A stretch of DNA of 64,000 nt from Terriglobia bacterium (GCA_963748015.1 CAVVHE010000004.1:1696001-1760000), one strand, 5' to 3'. Shown: positions 11,940 through 24,210, counted from the first letter of the stretch. Translations and numbers: made by a program. The notes: a model not told the origin generated them from the letters alone.

Positions 11940-14587
11940 GAGCTGCGGCGCAGCTCCGAGATCTGTTCGTGCAGCGCCCGGGTGCGGGCCTCGCCGATCT
12001 GGGGCTTCAGCATCTCGAACTCGCGGTCGAGCAGCCTCTCGAGGCCGGACCACGGCTCGCTCTCGCTACGATCCCTGATCGACTTCTTCAGCCCCTCGGG
12101 ATCCCACGTCCCGTCGGGCAGGAGCCGCGCCCCCGCGAACAGCTCGCTCTGGCCGTTCGTCAAACCGAAGCGGCACGCCTGGATGAAGTTCGCGGTCCCG
12201 GCGCCCACCTCCGCCCGGATGGCGCGGTAGAGCACGCGGTGGAGCTGGTTGAAGCGGCCGATCGCCTTGTCGAGGTCCGCGATCGCGCTCTCGTTCGTGT
12301 CGGCGACCGGCTCGGCCGCCGTGGGAACCGGGGACTTCGCCTCCTCGGGCGCTTTCGCCGCCGCGGCAGCGGGAACGGCGTCGGCCGGAGCTGCGCCGAT
12401 CGCGCGGGCGATCTCCTCCGCCGGTATCTCTCCCGTCTGCTCGGCCTCCGGGACCTCGGCCGGCGCGCTCTCCGCTTGGGCCGGCTCCACCAGTCGGGCA
12501 CCCGCTGCCGCGGCGAGCTCGAACGACGGCTCGGGCTCGCCCGTGGGCATCGCCTCGGGCTCGGGCGCCTCGGGCACGGGCTCGCCGATCTCGAATTCGC
12601 GCCCGCCGGCTCCGTCCATCGCCGCGGCTTCCGCAAACGGCTCGTCCGTGCCGCTGCCCGGAGCGGCCAGCTCGAACTGCGCGCCCTCCTGGAACGGCGC
12701 CGAAAGGCCCAGCGCCGCCTCGACCTCGGCCCGGGAGACGATCAGGGTGGCATCCGCCGGCGAATCGAGAGGCGGCACGGCATTCGCGTTCTCGCCCGCG
12801 TCCGCCGGCCGCGCATCGTCGCTCGGGGGCGCGGGGAACGCCTCCTCGGTGAGCTTCCACACGTCGGAGACCACTTCCGAAGGGGCCTCCTCCGGCGGCG
12901 CGACCTGGATCGCGCCGGGTCCGGCGCAGACCTCGGCGGGCGGAGCGTGCACATCGGACGGCGGGGCATCCTCGGACGACACAGGGATCGCCTGCACGGA
13001 CGACTCGATCGGGAGTGGGCCGTCGAAGGCGCCCAGGATCTCGGGCTCGCCCCCGGGCTCCGGGGGAGCGACGGTCACTGGCCGGTCCGCGGGCTCGGCG
13101 GCCGGCCGCTCGCTCGCGGGAATCTCGCGCACCGCTCCGAGAAGACGGAGCGCCCAGACGATCTGGCACACGCGGAAGTCGCCCAGCGACGTCCGGCGGC
13201 AGATCTCGAGAATGCTCCTCGGCTCTCCGAGGCAGGAAACCACCTCCCACTCCTCGGCGCCGACCGTCATCCGATCGAGCACGCCGAGGTACTCCGAGGT
13301 CAGTCCGAGAACGGCGTCGGGAGAATCGGCGCATCCCACGCGGACCCTCGGCCAGTTGGTCACGCGCCGGACCCCGTGGGCGATCAGGTCCTCGAGGCTC
13401 ATCTCGAGCACGATCTCCTCGATGGTCGGCAACTCGCCCGGAACGAACGCGTACTCCCCTTCTTCCCACCGGAAGGTGTCGTAGACGATCTCGCTTAGCT
13501 GCTCGCGCACCATCTCGCGGAGGTCCTGCTCGTCGATCACCCCCATCTCGAGGAGGATCGTCCCCACCCGCTTGTTGCTGAGGAGCCGCTTCGCGGTCTC
13601 CTCCCGGTCGTGAATCGAGATCACCCCGCGGCGCAAGAGGTGGGCGACCAGGCCGTCGTCGATGTTGTTGCTGGTGGCGAAGACGCAGCGGCCACCCCGG
13701 ACGTGAAAGGTCCGCTCGAGCGAGCCCCGGGAAACGTGGAGCACCCCCGTTTCCCCGGCGCGGCACAGGCGGACGAAAACCTCGATGACGCCCTCGAGAC
13801 CCAGCCGTCCCTCGAGCGAGGCCTCCGCCCCCGGAATGTCCGCGGGCGAGTCGCCTTCCTCGACCGCGCCGAGCACCTTGAGCGCCCACAGCGCCTGGTG
13901 GATCTCGAAGTTGGAAGCGTAGATCTCGCGGCACAGCGCCTCGATGGACGCGCTCCCGCGCTGCAGCCGCTGCAGCAGCAGCCGCTCCGCGTCGTTCAGC
14001 TCCAGCCCCTCGACGACCTCCGCCGAGCGCGGAGAGAGCGAGAAGCGCTGCCTCGGCCCGCCGACGCTCCGCCGGATGCGCGCGAACGACCGGGTCCTTC
14101 GAATGCCCAGGAGGAGGATCTCGCCCGTCTTCATGCCGAGCGTGATGACCTCCTGGGTCGGCAGGGGCCCCTCGTCCAGCCGGTAGGCGCCCTCTTCCCA
14201 GGTGAACAGCTCGAGGACGATGTCGCGGACCTGCGACACCACGCCGCGCACGAGGTCCTCGGGCCTCAAATGCCCCATCTCGACGAGCAGCGTCCCGAGG
14301 CGTTTCCCGAGGTGGAGGCTCGCGACCGCAGCCTCGAGCTCCTCCAGCCCGATGAGACCGTCCCGCAGCAGCATCTCCCCCAGGCGCTCGTTCGGATCGC
14401 TCGACACGGCGAAGATGATCCGGCCGTCCTGGAAGTAGACCTTCTTCGCGACGGTGGAACGGACGAGGTGGAGCACGCCCGTGGCCCGGCGGCGGCACAG
14501 CAGCCACATCAGGTCGGGAACGCTCATCCCCTCGAGGCGTCCGGCCACGAGTCCGGTGGATTCCTCCGGCAAGCTCATATCGCGCAT
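11936..14587 (-). CDS. Tandem DUF4388-domain protein with long acidic Pro/Ala/Glu linker
   Basis: Two repeats of G-x-L...TGVLH(L/V)...GxxxFAxS...(R)LGxxL...FxWEEGxYxF, then a low-complexity region and a C-terminal globular domain. Confidence 0.8.
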   Translation of the reverse strand: MRDMSLPEESTGLVAGRLEGMSVPDLMWLLCRRRATGVLHLVRSTVAKKVYFQDGRIIFAVSSDPNERLGEMLLRDGLIGLEELEAAVASLHLGKRLGTLLVEMGHLRPEDLVRGVVSQVRDIVLELFTWEEGAYRLDEGPLPTQEVITLGMKTGEILLLGIRRTRSFARIRRSVGGPRQRFSLSPRSAEVVEGLELNDAERLLLQRLQRGSASIEALCREIYASNFEIHQALWALKVLGAVEEGDSPADIPGAEASLEGRLGLEGVIEVFVRLCRAGETGVLHVSRGSLERTFHVRGGRCVFATSNNIDDGLVAHLLRRGVISIHDREETAKRLLSNKRVGTILLEMGVIDEQDLREMVREQLSEIVYDTFRWEEGEYAFVPGELPTIEEIVLEMSLEDLIAHGVRRVTNWPRVRVGCADSPDAVLGLTSEYLGVLDRMTVGAEEWEVVSCLGEPRSILEICRRTSLGDFRVCQIVWALRLLGAVREIPASERPAAEPADRPVTVAPPEPGGEPEILGAFDGPLPIESSVQAIPVSSEDAPPSDVHAPPAEVCAGPGAIQVAPPEEAPSEVVSDVWKLTEEAFPAPPSDDARPADAGENANAVPPLDSPADATLIVSRAEVEAALGLSAPFQEGAQFELAAPGSGTDEPFAEAAAMDGAGGREFEIGEPVPEAPEPEAMPTGEPEPSFELAAAAGARLVEPAQAESAPAEVPEAEQTGEIPAEEIARAIGAAPADAVPAAAAAKAPEEAKSPVPTAAEPVADTNESAIADLDKAIGRFNQLHRVLYRAIRAEVGAGTANFIQACRFGLTNGQSELFAGARLLPDGTWDPEGLKKSIRDRSESEPWSGLERLLDREFEMLKPQIGEARTRALHEQISELRRSS

Positions 14588-14906
14588 GTTTCTCGCCTCG
14601 TGCTCAGGCCGGCCGCCCCGGGGCGCCGGACGTTCGGCTCCCTCTCCGGGTCACTGCCCGCCACGAGCGACCTCGGGGCGGGAAGCCCCCCACGTAGAAC
14701 TTAGTCCGGCGCTGAGCCGCGTCAAGTGCATGATGGGCAAAGCCTTATCGAACGACGGACACCTCGGATGCCAGGATCTCAGCTCCCGTCGGGTGTCCCA
14801 CACTCGGCGGGATATTCTGTATTTTCTACGATTTCGCGGGCCGCGGCGGCGGGCGCGCCCCCTCGAGCGATAGCGCTCCGAGCGGCGATCGGACCCGCCG
14901 ATCGGC

Positions 14907-15887
14907 TCAGTCGAAACGGTCCATGATCTCCTCGGGTCCGACGGTGGCCGTCCCGACCTTCCCGACGACGATGCCCGCCGCGTGGTTGGCGATGACCGCC
15001 GCCTCGCGGAGACTGCCGCCCGCCGCGAGGACCATCGCCATCGCCGCGACGACCGTGTCCCCCGCGCCCGTCACGTCATAGACCTCGCGGGCGACGGCCG
15101 GGATCAGCTCCGGCGCCCGGTCACGCTCCTTGAGGAGCATGCCCCGCTCTCCTCGCGTGATCAGCACGGCGCGGGTGTCGATCTTGTCGAGGATGCGGGA
15201 CGCCGCCCGCACCGCGTCGTCGTCGAGGCGGATATCGAGACCCGAGGCCCGGGCCGCCTCTTGCTGGTTGGGGGTGATCACGGTGATCGGCTGGTACCGC
15301 GAAAAATCCGAGACCTTGGGGTCCACCACCACGGGAATCCCGAGCGCTTTCGCCGCGGGAAGGATTTTCGCGAGGAGCGGCTCCGCGGCGGCCCCCTTGT
15401 CGTAGTCGGAGACCACGACGGCGCGAGCGTCCCGGATGGAGGCGAGGACGCGGGAGGCGAGCTCCTCGGTCCTGGCGGGCGCCATCGAGGCGTCGTTCTC
15501 CCGGTCCACGCGGACGACCTGCTGCGCCCTTGCGATGATGCGGGTCTTGACGGTCGTGATCCGATCGGGGTCCTCGAACATCCCCCAGCCGATCCCCGCG
15601 TCGTCGGCGGCCTTCCGCAGCTGCGCGGCCGCCGCGTCGGCGCCGACGAGGCCGACGAGCAGCACGTCGGCGCCGAGGCGGGCGAGGTTCGCGGCGACGT
15701 TGGCGGCGCCCCCCAGCCGCACGCTCTCTCGCGAGACGCGCACGACCGGCACCGGGGCTTCCGGCGAGATGCGCTCGACCTCTCCCCAGATGAAACGGTC
15801 GAGCATCACGTCGCCGACCACGACGACCTTGGCGCCGGCGAAGCGGCCCGCGAGCTTGCGCGCGGATTCCCGGTCGAGTGCGCTCAC
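14907..15887 (-). CDS. rfaE1: D-glycero-beta-D-manno-heptose-7-phosphate kinase (HldE kinase domain)
   Basis: VVGDVMLDRFIWGEVERISPEAPVPV, GGAANVAAN, ITPNQQEA, VYDVTGAGDTV. GTG start at 15887. Confidence 0.94.
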   Translation of the reverse strand: MSALDRESARKLAGRFAGAKVVVVGDVMLDRFIWGEVERISPEAPVPVVRVSRESVRLGGAANVAANLARLGADVLLVGLVGADAAAAQLRKAADDAGIGWGMFEDPDRITTVKTRIIARAQQVVRVDRENDASMAPARTEELASRVLASIRDARAVVVSDYDKGAAAEPLLAKILPAAKALGIPVVVDPKVSDFSRYQPITVITPNQQEAARASGLDIRLDDDAVRAASRILDKIDTRAVLITRGERGMLLKERDRAPELIPAVAREVYDVTGAGDTVVAAMAMVLAAGGSLREAAVIANHAAGIVVGKVGTATVGPEEIMDRFD

Positions 15888-16048
15888 GGCGTCGCCTCCT
15901 CGACGAGCATGACCGGGATGCCGTCGCGGACGGGATAGACGCGGCCGCAGCCCTCGCATTCGATTCCCCGCTCGGCCTCTTGCACGCGAATCTTGCCGCG
16001 GCACGCGGGGCAGACCAGGATGGCGATGAGTCTCGCGTCGATCGGCAT
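15884..16048 (-). CDS. Trm112/YcaR family protein (54 aa)
   Basis: Below ORF-track cutoff. Manual translation MPIDARLIAILVCPACRGKIRVQEAERGIECEGCGRVYPVRDGIPVMLVEEATP; GGAGG RBS; GTGA overlap with rfaE1. Confidence 0.92.
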   Translation of the reverse strand: MPIDARLIAILVCPACRGKIRVQEAERGIECEGCGRVYPVRDGIPVMLVEEATP

Positions 16049-16158
16049 CGGCCCTCCGCGCGGCGTACGTCGCCGCCTTCGGAATTCTATACCGTCGAGG
16101 GCGTTTTGTTCGCGTGGGCCCGCGCGCCGGAGCGCCGGGGCTCGGCTATACTCGCGGC

Positions 16159-17280
16159 GTGAGGCCCCTCCCCGAGCATCTGACCCGGCGGATTTCCGAA
16201 AACGGCGAGGGGCTGACCGTGCTCGCGCTGCGCATGGGAGCGTTCGGAGACGTCCTGCGCACGCTTCCGGCGGTGCGCCTCCTCCGCTTCGCGCTGCCGG
16301 AGGCGAGAATCTACTGGGTCGTGGACGACCGGTGGTCGGAAGTCCTCGCCGAGCATCCCGACCTGGACGGGTGCTTCGTCGTTCCGCGGCGGGACTGGTC
16401 GCGCTTCTCGCGCTCTCCGCTCCGCTGGCCCTTGCTGCTGCGCTCGATCGCGCGCTTCCGGCGGGAGATTCGGGCCGTGTCCCCCGATCTCGTCCTCGAC
16501 TTCCACGGCAACCTGCGCAGCGGCGTGCTCGGTTGGCTGACGGGCGCGCCCGTGCGCCTCGGGTACTCGGGCCCCCAGCAGAAGGAAGGGAACCGTCTCT
16601 TCACGACGCACCGGATCGGCGCGGGACCGCAGCGAATGCCCCGGATGGAGCGGAATCTCGCGCTCGTCGGCGCCCTCGGCGTCCCGGTGGAGCCGCTGCC
16701 CGGCGGTGGGCTGCCCTTCACGGCCCGGTGCGTCCTGGAAGGGCGGGAACTGGTCGCCGGGCTCATCGGCCGCGGGCGCCGTTACGCCGCGATCGTCCCC
16801 GGGGCGAGCGTCAAGCAAGCGTACAAGAAACCGCCCGCTCCCCTGCTCGCGTCCGCCGCTAGGGAGATTCGCTCGCGGGAGATCCTCCCGATCGTGTTCT
16901 ACGGCCCGGGGGAGGAGGCCGACGCGCGGGCGGTGGTCGCGGCGTCGGACGGCGCCGCGCTGCTCGCCCCGCCGACGACCCTCAAGCAACTCGCGGCCGC
17001 GATCCGGCGGGCGAAGCTGCTCGTCGCGGGGGACACGGGCCCACTCCATCTCGCCTGCGCGGTCGGCTGCCCGGTCGTCGCGATCTACGGTCCTACGGAC
17101 CCGCAGGTCAACGCCCCGTGGGGGGTGCCGCACGCGGTCTTGTCCCCACCCGGACGCTCGTACACCGGGGTCAAGAAGATCGACCGAGAGGCAGGCGGCT
17201 TCGACGGGATCGCGGCGGAGGCCGTCGCGGGCGCCGTGCGCGACGTCCTCGAGCGGGCCGGCGAGGGACGGCGGCCATGA
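16159..17280 (+). CDS. GT9 glycosyltransferase (LPS heptosyltransferase-like)
   Basis: LRMGAFGDVLRTLP, DLVLDFHGNLRS, AGDTGPLHLACAVGCPVVAIYGPT. Confidence 0.9.
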   Translation: MRPLPEHLTRRISENGEGLTVLALRMGAFGDVLRTLPAVRLLRFALPEARIYWVVDDRWSEVLAEHPDLDGCFVVPRRDWSRFSRSPLRWPLLLRSIARFRREIRAVSPDLVLDFHGNLRSGVLGWLTGAPVRLGYSGPQQKEGNRLFTTHRIGAGPQRMPRMERNLALVGALGVPVEPLPGGGLPFTARCVLEGRELVAGLIGRGRRYAAIVPGASVKQAYKKPPAPLLASAAREIRSREILPIVFYGPGEEADARAVVAASDGAALLAPPTTLKQLAAAIRRAKLLVAGDTGPLHLACAVGCPVVAIYGPTDPQVNAPWGVPHAVLSPPGRSYTGVKKIDREAGGFDGIAAEAVAGAVRDVLERAGEGRRP

Positions 17281-17951
17281 GCCCCGCGGTGCGGCGGGCG
17301 GCGTGGCTGAGCGCGTTCGCGGTCGCGATGGGGATTCTCGAGGCCGCGGTCGTGGTCTACCTCCGCGAGCTCTACTACCCGGAGGGCTTCCGGTTTCCGA
17401 TCGCGCTAATGCCCGCGCGGGTGGCTCTCGTCGAGCTCGTCCGCGAGTCCGCGACGATCGTCATGCTCCTGTCGGTGGCGGCGCTCGTGAGGCGCCGCGG
17501 CCTGGACGGCTTCTTCGTCTTCGCCTACCTGTTCGGCGTCTGGGATCTCGTGTACTACGCCGGCCTCCGCGGCTTCCTCGGCTGGCCCGACTCCCTCGGC
17601 ACCTGGGACATCCTTTTCCTGATCCCCGTTCCGTGGCTCTCGCCGGTGGTCTACCCGGTCGCGGTGTCGCTGCTCCTGATCGCGGGATACGTCGCGCACG
17701 AGATCGCCGGAGCCCGGGGCCGCTCCATCGCCCCGTCCCGGATCGGGTGGCTGGTCTCCGTCCTGGGCGCGATCGGGATCGTGACCGCGTTCTGCTGGCG
17801 CTTCCGCGACGTCCTCGAAGAGCGGGTGCCGGAGCGATTCCCGGCGGCGCTGTTCTGGGTGTCGCTCGCGGCTGCGGCGGCTCCGTTCGTGCTGGCCGCG
17901 GCTGCCGGTCTCCGCTCACCCCGCGCGGGAGACGCGGCCGCGCCCCGTTGA
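17277..17951 (+). CDS. Hypothetical integral membrane protein
   Basis: Several TM helices; AMGILEAAVVVYLR, ELVRESATIVML, WDILFLIPVPW. ATGA overlap with GT9. Confidence 0.75.
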   Translation: MSPAVRRAAWLSAFAVAMGILEAAVVVYLRELYYPEGFRFPIALMPARVALVELVRESATIVMLLSVAALVRRRGLDGFFVFAYLFGVWDLVYYAGLRGFLGWPDSLGTWDILFLIPVPWLSPVVYPVAVSLLLIAGYVAHEIAGARGRSIAPSRIGWLVSVLGAIGIVTAFCWRFRDVLEERVPERFPAALFWVSLAAAAAPFVLAAAAGLRSPRAGDAAAPR

Positions 17952-17960
17952 AGCCGGACC

Positions 17961-18805
17961 CTACCTTCCCCGGCTCCAGAAGAGACGGTGGATCGCCAGC
18001 GAGGCGCGCGCGAGGACGCTCGGCGCCGCGAGGATGGCGCCGAGGTCGCGGTCGTCCCCCGCGTAGGCCGCGGCCCAGGCTCTCGCGCGAGAGCCGGGGA
18101 GCGGCCCCTCGCCGCCGAAGCGCTTCAGGTACGACCGCTCCATGCGGAGCAGCGCCGCTCTCCTCTTCCGGACCGGCAGCGCCCCGTCGTGCAGCCGCGC
18201 GCGATCGAGGTCCACGACGAACGCCTCGGGAAGGCCCCCGTCGCGGGAGCGCACGAGGAGGTTCCCGAGGTTGAGGTCCCGGTGCTCGACCCCCCGGTCG
18301 TGCATTTCCTTGACCGCGCGGAGAGCCGCCCGCATCTCGTCCTCCGAGAGGCCGCGCGGGCCCGACAGCCGCGAGAGCAGGTCCTCGGCCCCTTCGAGCT
18401 CCTCGACCGCCATCCAGGCGCGGCGAAGGCCGGGCGGGCCCTCCTCGATCAGCATCGCCGCGGGCGCGGCCGTGCTCACGCCCCGCCGCATCGCCTCCAG
18501 CGGGACCGAGAGGTTCCTCAGGAGGCGGGCCGACCCGAGGAACCGGTCCCGCCAGATCGGCCCCGCCCACCCGCCTCGCCGCATTCTCTTGACGACGACC
18601 CGGATACCGCCGGGAAGGGCCAGCCGGCCGGTCCCCCCCGCCCCGGCCCGCCGGGGCCCGCCGCCGCGAGTGACTCCCAGCTCGAGGGATCGTCGAGAGC
18701 CGCGGCGAGGACGCGATCGAGGAGCGCGTCGCGCGCCAGGAGCGTGCGCCTCCCCGCCTCTCTCGCGGCGAAACCGGCCGGAGCGAGGAGCGCGATCCGC
18801 GGCAC
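17961..18805 (-). CDS. Lipopolysaccharide (Kdo/WaaP-like) kinase, split by an indel at 18633-18639
   Basis: ORFs 18518..18805 and 17961..18584 join as ...GRGGTGRLALPGGIRVVVKRMRRGG if one G is added to the G7 run. Motifs HRDLNLGNLL and VVDLDR. Confidence 0.8.
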
Positions 18806-18809
18806 GGCG

Positions 18810-19553
18810 TCAGGCCTTCCTCGGCCGTCCCGTGAACCAGATGACGACGATCCCGAGGAGGTACAGGACCACCATCGGCAGCGCGAAGACGCTCATCGTC
18901 AGCATGTCGCCCGTCGGCGTGATGACCGCCGAGACGAGGAAGCAGATGATGATCGCCAGACGGAGGTGGCTGAGCAGGAACTTCGGCGTGACGAGGCCGA
19001 TCCGTCCCAGGAAGAACAGCACGATGGGGAGCTCGAACACGAGCCCCATCCCGAGCACGACCCACGCCTCGAACTCGAACGCCGACTCGAGGGTGAGTGC
19101 CGCCTTGAACCCGCTCCCGAGCTGGATGAGCCATTTGGCGGCTATCGGCGTCGCGACGTAGTACCCGAAAGCTCCCCCGGCCAGCAGGAAGAGCGATCCG
19201 AAGGTCAGGAACGCGACGCCCGTGATCCGCTCCCGCCGGTACAGGCCTGGGGCCACGAAACCCCACAACTGGTGGAGAAGGTAGGGAGCGGCGATGAAGA
19301 GCGCCGCCACGGCGGACGCCTTCATGTAGACCATGAAAGGCTCGGTCAGGCGCAGGAACACGATGTCGCCGCCCGCGAAGAGGTGCCGCTTGATCGGGCG
19401 GAGCAGGAACTCGACGATCCTCGGGCTGAGGTACCAGCAGACCGAAAGGACCGCGACGTACACGACCGCGCAGCGGAACAGTCGCTTCCTGAGCTCGTCC
19501 AGGTGCTCGAGGAAGGTCATCGTGCCGTCAGGATTGTTCGTGCTTGTCGACAT
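18810..19553 (-). CDS. tatC: Twin-arginine translocase subunit TatC
   Basis: MTFLEHLDELRKRL, TEPFMVYMK, QLWGFVAPGL, FELP, AVITPTGD. Confidence 0.97.
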   Translation of the reverse strand: MSTSTNNPDGTMTFLEHLDELRKRLFRCAVVYVAVLSVCWYLSPRIVEFLLRPIKRHLFAGGDIVFLRLTEPFMVYMKASAVAALFIAAPYLLHQLWGFVAPGLYRRERITGVAFLTFGSLFLLAGGAFGYYVATPIAAKWLIQLGSGFKAALTLESAFEFEAWVVLGMGLVFELPIVLFFLGRIGLVTPKFLLSHLRLAIIICFLVSAVITPTGDMLTMSVFALPMVVLYLLGIVVIWFTGRPRKA

Positions 19554-20007
19554 GTTCGGCGGGAGCGGCGGCCGGAGGGGGCGGCGGGTCGCCCTCGTCC
19601 GAGAACGGCACCGGTGCGGCGGTCGGAGGACCGACCGGGGGCGCGGGGTGGGTCACGTGGGGAATCGGGTGGCTCTCCTCGTTCCGCGGGGGCGCAGCAC
19701 CGCCGCCGTACGGCTCGGTGGCGGCCGGCGGGCGCAGCGCCGCGCGGATCTCGCCGAGCAGGCCGGGACCCTTCACCGCGTCCACGGTGTCGGCGCCGGC
19801 CGCTTTCAGGGCGCCGCCGGTCTCCTTCAACCGCTCCATCTCCACCTCGCGCTCGAGCGTGCTCTTGAACTCCGAGGTCGCCTTCCGGAACTCCGCGACG
19901 GTCTTCCCGAGCGCGCGGCCGATGTCGGGCAGCTTGCGAGGGCCGAACAAGAGAAGGGCGAGGACGAAGATCAGAAGGATCTCGGGGCCGCCGATCGAAC
20001 CGAACAT
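19528..20007 (-). CDS. TatA/TatB family subunit
   Basis: MFGSIGGPEILLIFVLALLLFGPRKLPDIGRALGK. Confidence 0.93.
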   Translation of the reverse strand: MFGSIGGPEILLIFVLALLLFGPRKLPDIGRALGKTVAEFRKATSEFKSTLEREVEMERLKETGGALKAAGADTVDAVKGPGLLGEIRAALRPPAATEPYGGGAAPPRNEESHPIPHVTHPAPPVGPPTAAPVPFSDEGDPPPPPAAAPAEHVDKHEQS

Positions 20008-20199
20008 GGCGGGCGCCTCCTCTCTTCAGTCCCGCGCCGAAGCGTCTTCGCAGGCTACTTCGCGGCCCCGGGGGTGTCAAGAAAGGGGAAACCGTCCGAG
20101 CGCGAGCCGGTCGGGCGCGGGGCGGCCGCCGCGACTTTGCCGTGGCGCCCCCGGCAGCCTATAATCGTCTCCTTCCGCAACGCTCTTCCGAGGGATGAG

Positions 20200-21828
20200 A
20201 TGAGCCGAAAGAGTCGTAGATCCGCGCTGCTGGTCGTTCTCGTCCTCGCCGCCTGCTGCGCGCTGGGCGGGCTGGTCGGAGACCGCGCTCGCGCGGACGC
20301 CGACAAGTCCGAGGCGACGCTCCAGTCCTTCGGGCGGGCCCTCGCCTTGGTGGAGGACAACTTCGTCGGCAAGCCGGATTCGAAGGCGCTGATCGAAGAC
20401 GCCGTGCAGGGGATGCTCCACACGCTCGACCCGCACAGCAACTACCTCGACAAGGACGCCTTCGGCGAGATGAAGGACGAGCAGCGCGGCAAGTTCTTCG
20501 GTCTCGGAATCCAGATCAACAAGCCGGGGCCGGACAAGCCGCTCACGATCATCGCCCCGATCGACGGCACGCCCGCGAGCCGCGCCGGCCTTCAGGCGGG
20601 CGACATCATCTCCAAGATCGAGGGAACCGACACGATCGGCCTCACGGTCCAGGACTCGGTCCGGAGGCTGAAGGGCGAGAAGGGAACCAAGGTCACCATC
20701 ACGATCCAGCGTCCGCGCGAGGATGCGCCGTTCGATGTGACGCTGATCCGCGACGAGATCCCCACCCACAGCGTCCCGCTGGCTCACATGCTCGACCCGA
20801 AGACCGGCTTCGTCCGGATCGCCAACTTCACCACGACGACCGCGACCGAGCTCGACGAGGCGGTGCTTCGGCTCAAAGAGCAGGGAATGAAGCGCCTGAT
20901 CCTGGACCTGAGGCGGAACCCCGGCGGGTTGCTGGACCAGGCGGTCCAGGTCTCCGAGCGGTTCGTCCCGGCCGGCAAGATGGTCGTCTACACGCGCGGG
21001 CGCGTACCCGGCTCCGACCAGGACTACCCGGCCTCGAAGGAAGCGGGAAGGGTGGACCTTCCTCTCGTCGTCCTCGTCGACCGTTCGTCGGCGTCCGCCA
21101 GCGAGATCGTGTCGGGGGCCATCCAGGACCACGACCGCGGCCTGCTGGTCGGCGAAACGACCTTCGGGAAGGGGCTCGTGCAACGGGTGATCCCGCTGCG
21201 GAGCGGCGGCGCGGTCGCGCTGACGACGGCGAAGTACTTCACGCCTTCGGGCCGCCTCATCCAGCGCGACTACACCGATCTCGACGACTACTTCCTCGCG
21301 CCCGAGGAGGAAGCGGATGCGACGGACGCCGCGCCCGAGCCCTCGCCGGAGCGGCGCGAGGTCCGGCACACCGATTCCGGCCGGACCGTCTACGGCGGCG
21401 GCGGCATCACCCCCGACTACGTCGTGCGGGCGGAGCGGGTCTCCCCCGCCCTTTCGCGCGTGCTCCGGGACAACCTGGTGTTCGACTTCGCGGTCCGCTA
21501 CGTGCCCGCGCACCCGGACCTCAAGCCCGAGCTCCCGGTGGACAAGGCGTTCCGGGAGGAGTTCCGGAGCTACCTCAAGTCGCGCTCGGTCACGCTCGAC
21601 GCGGCCGCGGAGGCCGCGTGGCCCCAGCTCGAGACGCAGATTCGGGGGCAGATCGCGCGGGTCAAGTGGGGCGCCGAGGCGCAGAACCGGATCCTCTCCC
21701 AGGCCGATCCGCAGGTTCAGAAGGCCCTGACCCTCTTCGAGGAGGCCTCGCGACTCGCCGAGGCCGGCGAGCGGGGGCGAGCCGCACGGGCGCGGCGCCC
21801 CGCCGCAGCCGGCGCTTCCTCGATCTGA
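20200..21828 (+). CDS. S41 C-terminal processing protease (PDZ)
   Basis: Signal peptide, LDPHSNY, GLGIQI, DLRRNPGGLL, SASASEIVSGAIQD, TFGKGLVQ, TTAKYFTPSG. Confidence 0.94.
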   Translation: MSRKSRRSALLVVLVLAACCALGGLVGDRARADADKSEATLQSFGRALALVEDNFVGKPDSKALIEDAVQGMLHTLDPHSNYLDKDAFGEMKDEQRGKFFGLGIQINKPGPDKPLTIIAPIDGTPASRAGLQAGDIISKIEGTDTIGLTVQDSVRRLKGEKGTKVTITIQRPREDAPFDVTLIRDEIPTHSVPLAHMLDPKTGFVRIANFTTTTATELDEAVLRLKEQGMKRLILDLRRNPGGLLDQAVQVSERFVPAGKMVVYTRGRVPGSDQDYPASKEAGRVDLPLVVLVDRSSASASEIVSGAIQDHDRGLLVGETTFGKGLVQRVIPLRSGGAVALTTAKYFTPSGRLIQRDYTDLDDYFLAPEEEADATDAAPEPSPERREVRHTDSGRTVYGGGGITPDYVVRAERVSPALSRVLRDNLVFDFAVRYVPAHPDLKPELPVDKAFREEFRSYLKSRSVTLDAAAEAAWPQLETQIRGQIARVKWGAEAQNRILSQADPQVQKALTLFEEASRLAEAGERGRAARARRPAAAGASSI

Positions 21829-21862
21829 ACCTCGGGAATCACCCTCGAATCCCCGGCCGCGC

Positions 21863-21891
21863 TTGACAGCCCCGGGGAGCAATCCTATAGT
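21863..21891 (+). promoter_or_regulatory. Sigma70-type promoter of groESL
   Basis: TTGACA (21863-21868), 17 nt spacer, TATAGT (21886-21891). Confidence 0.85.
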
Positions 21892-21892
21892 A

Positions 21893-21919
21893 CGAGCACT
21901 CGCTTGAGTCGAGTGCTAT
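21893..21919 (+). promoter_or_regulatory. CIRCE element (HrcA operator)
   Basis: cgAGCACTC-N9-GAGTGCTAt, near match to TTAGCACTC-N9-GAGTGCTAA, directly downstream of the -10 box and upstream of groES. Confidence 0.9.
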
Positions 21920-21976
21920 TAATGTCCGTTAACCTATTACAAATAGGCATCTTGTGAGCGAAGGAGGGCGAGCGCA

Positions 21977-22264
21977 ATGAAGGTGAAACCCCTTTACGAC
22001 CGGGTCCTCGTGAAGCGCATCGAGGAGAAGGAACAGAAGCGCGGCAACATCATCATTCCCGACACGGCGAAGGAGAAGCCGATGGAGGGGAAGGTGATCG
22101 CGGTCGGCACCGGGAAGCTGAACGACGAAGGCAAGAGGATCCCGCTCGAGGTCAAGGTGGGAGACCGTGTCCTGTTCGGCAAGTACGCGGGCACCGAGAT
22201 CAAGATCGACGACGACGAGCACGTCATCCTGCGCGAGGAAGAGGTCCTCGGCATCATCGGCTAA
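21977..22264 (+). CDS. groES: Co-chaperonin GroES
   Basis: [41 protein letters not shown]. Confidence 0.99.
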   Translation: MKVKPLYDRVLVKRIEEKEQKRGNIIIPDTAKEKPMEGKVIAVGTGKLNDEGKRIPLEVKVGDRVLFGKYAGTEIKIDDDEHVILREEEVLGIIG

Positions 22265-24004
<1,740 letters not shown>

Positions 24005-24063
24005 GCTCCGCCGCGCGGGGCCGGATTCCCCCGAGGGCCGGCCCCGCAACGCACGGAATCGAC

Positions 24064-24094
24064 GCCCGGCCCGTTCAGGGCCGGGCTTTTTTTT
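24064..24094 (+). terminator. Intrinsic terminator after groEL
   Basis: GCCCGGCCC-GTTCA-GGGCCGGGC followed by T8. Confidence 0.9.
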
Positions 24095-24210
24095 GCGTCG
24101 CGCCGCCGGGCGGCGATCTTGCCGGTTGGACTCGCGGCGCGAACGACCTATCATTGTGGAACGCGGTCGAGGGCCGGGTCACCGGACGGCCGCGGCGGAG
24201 GTGCAGCACG

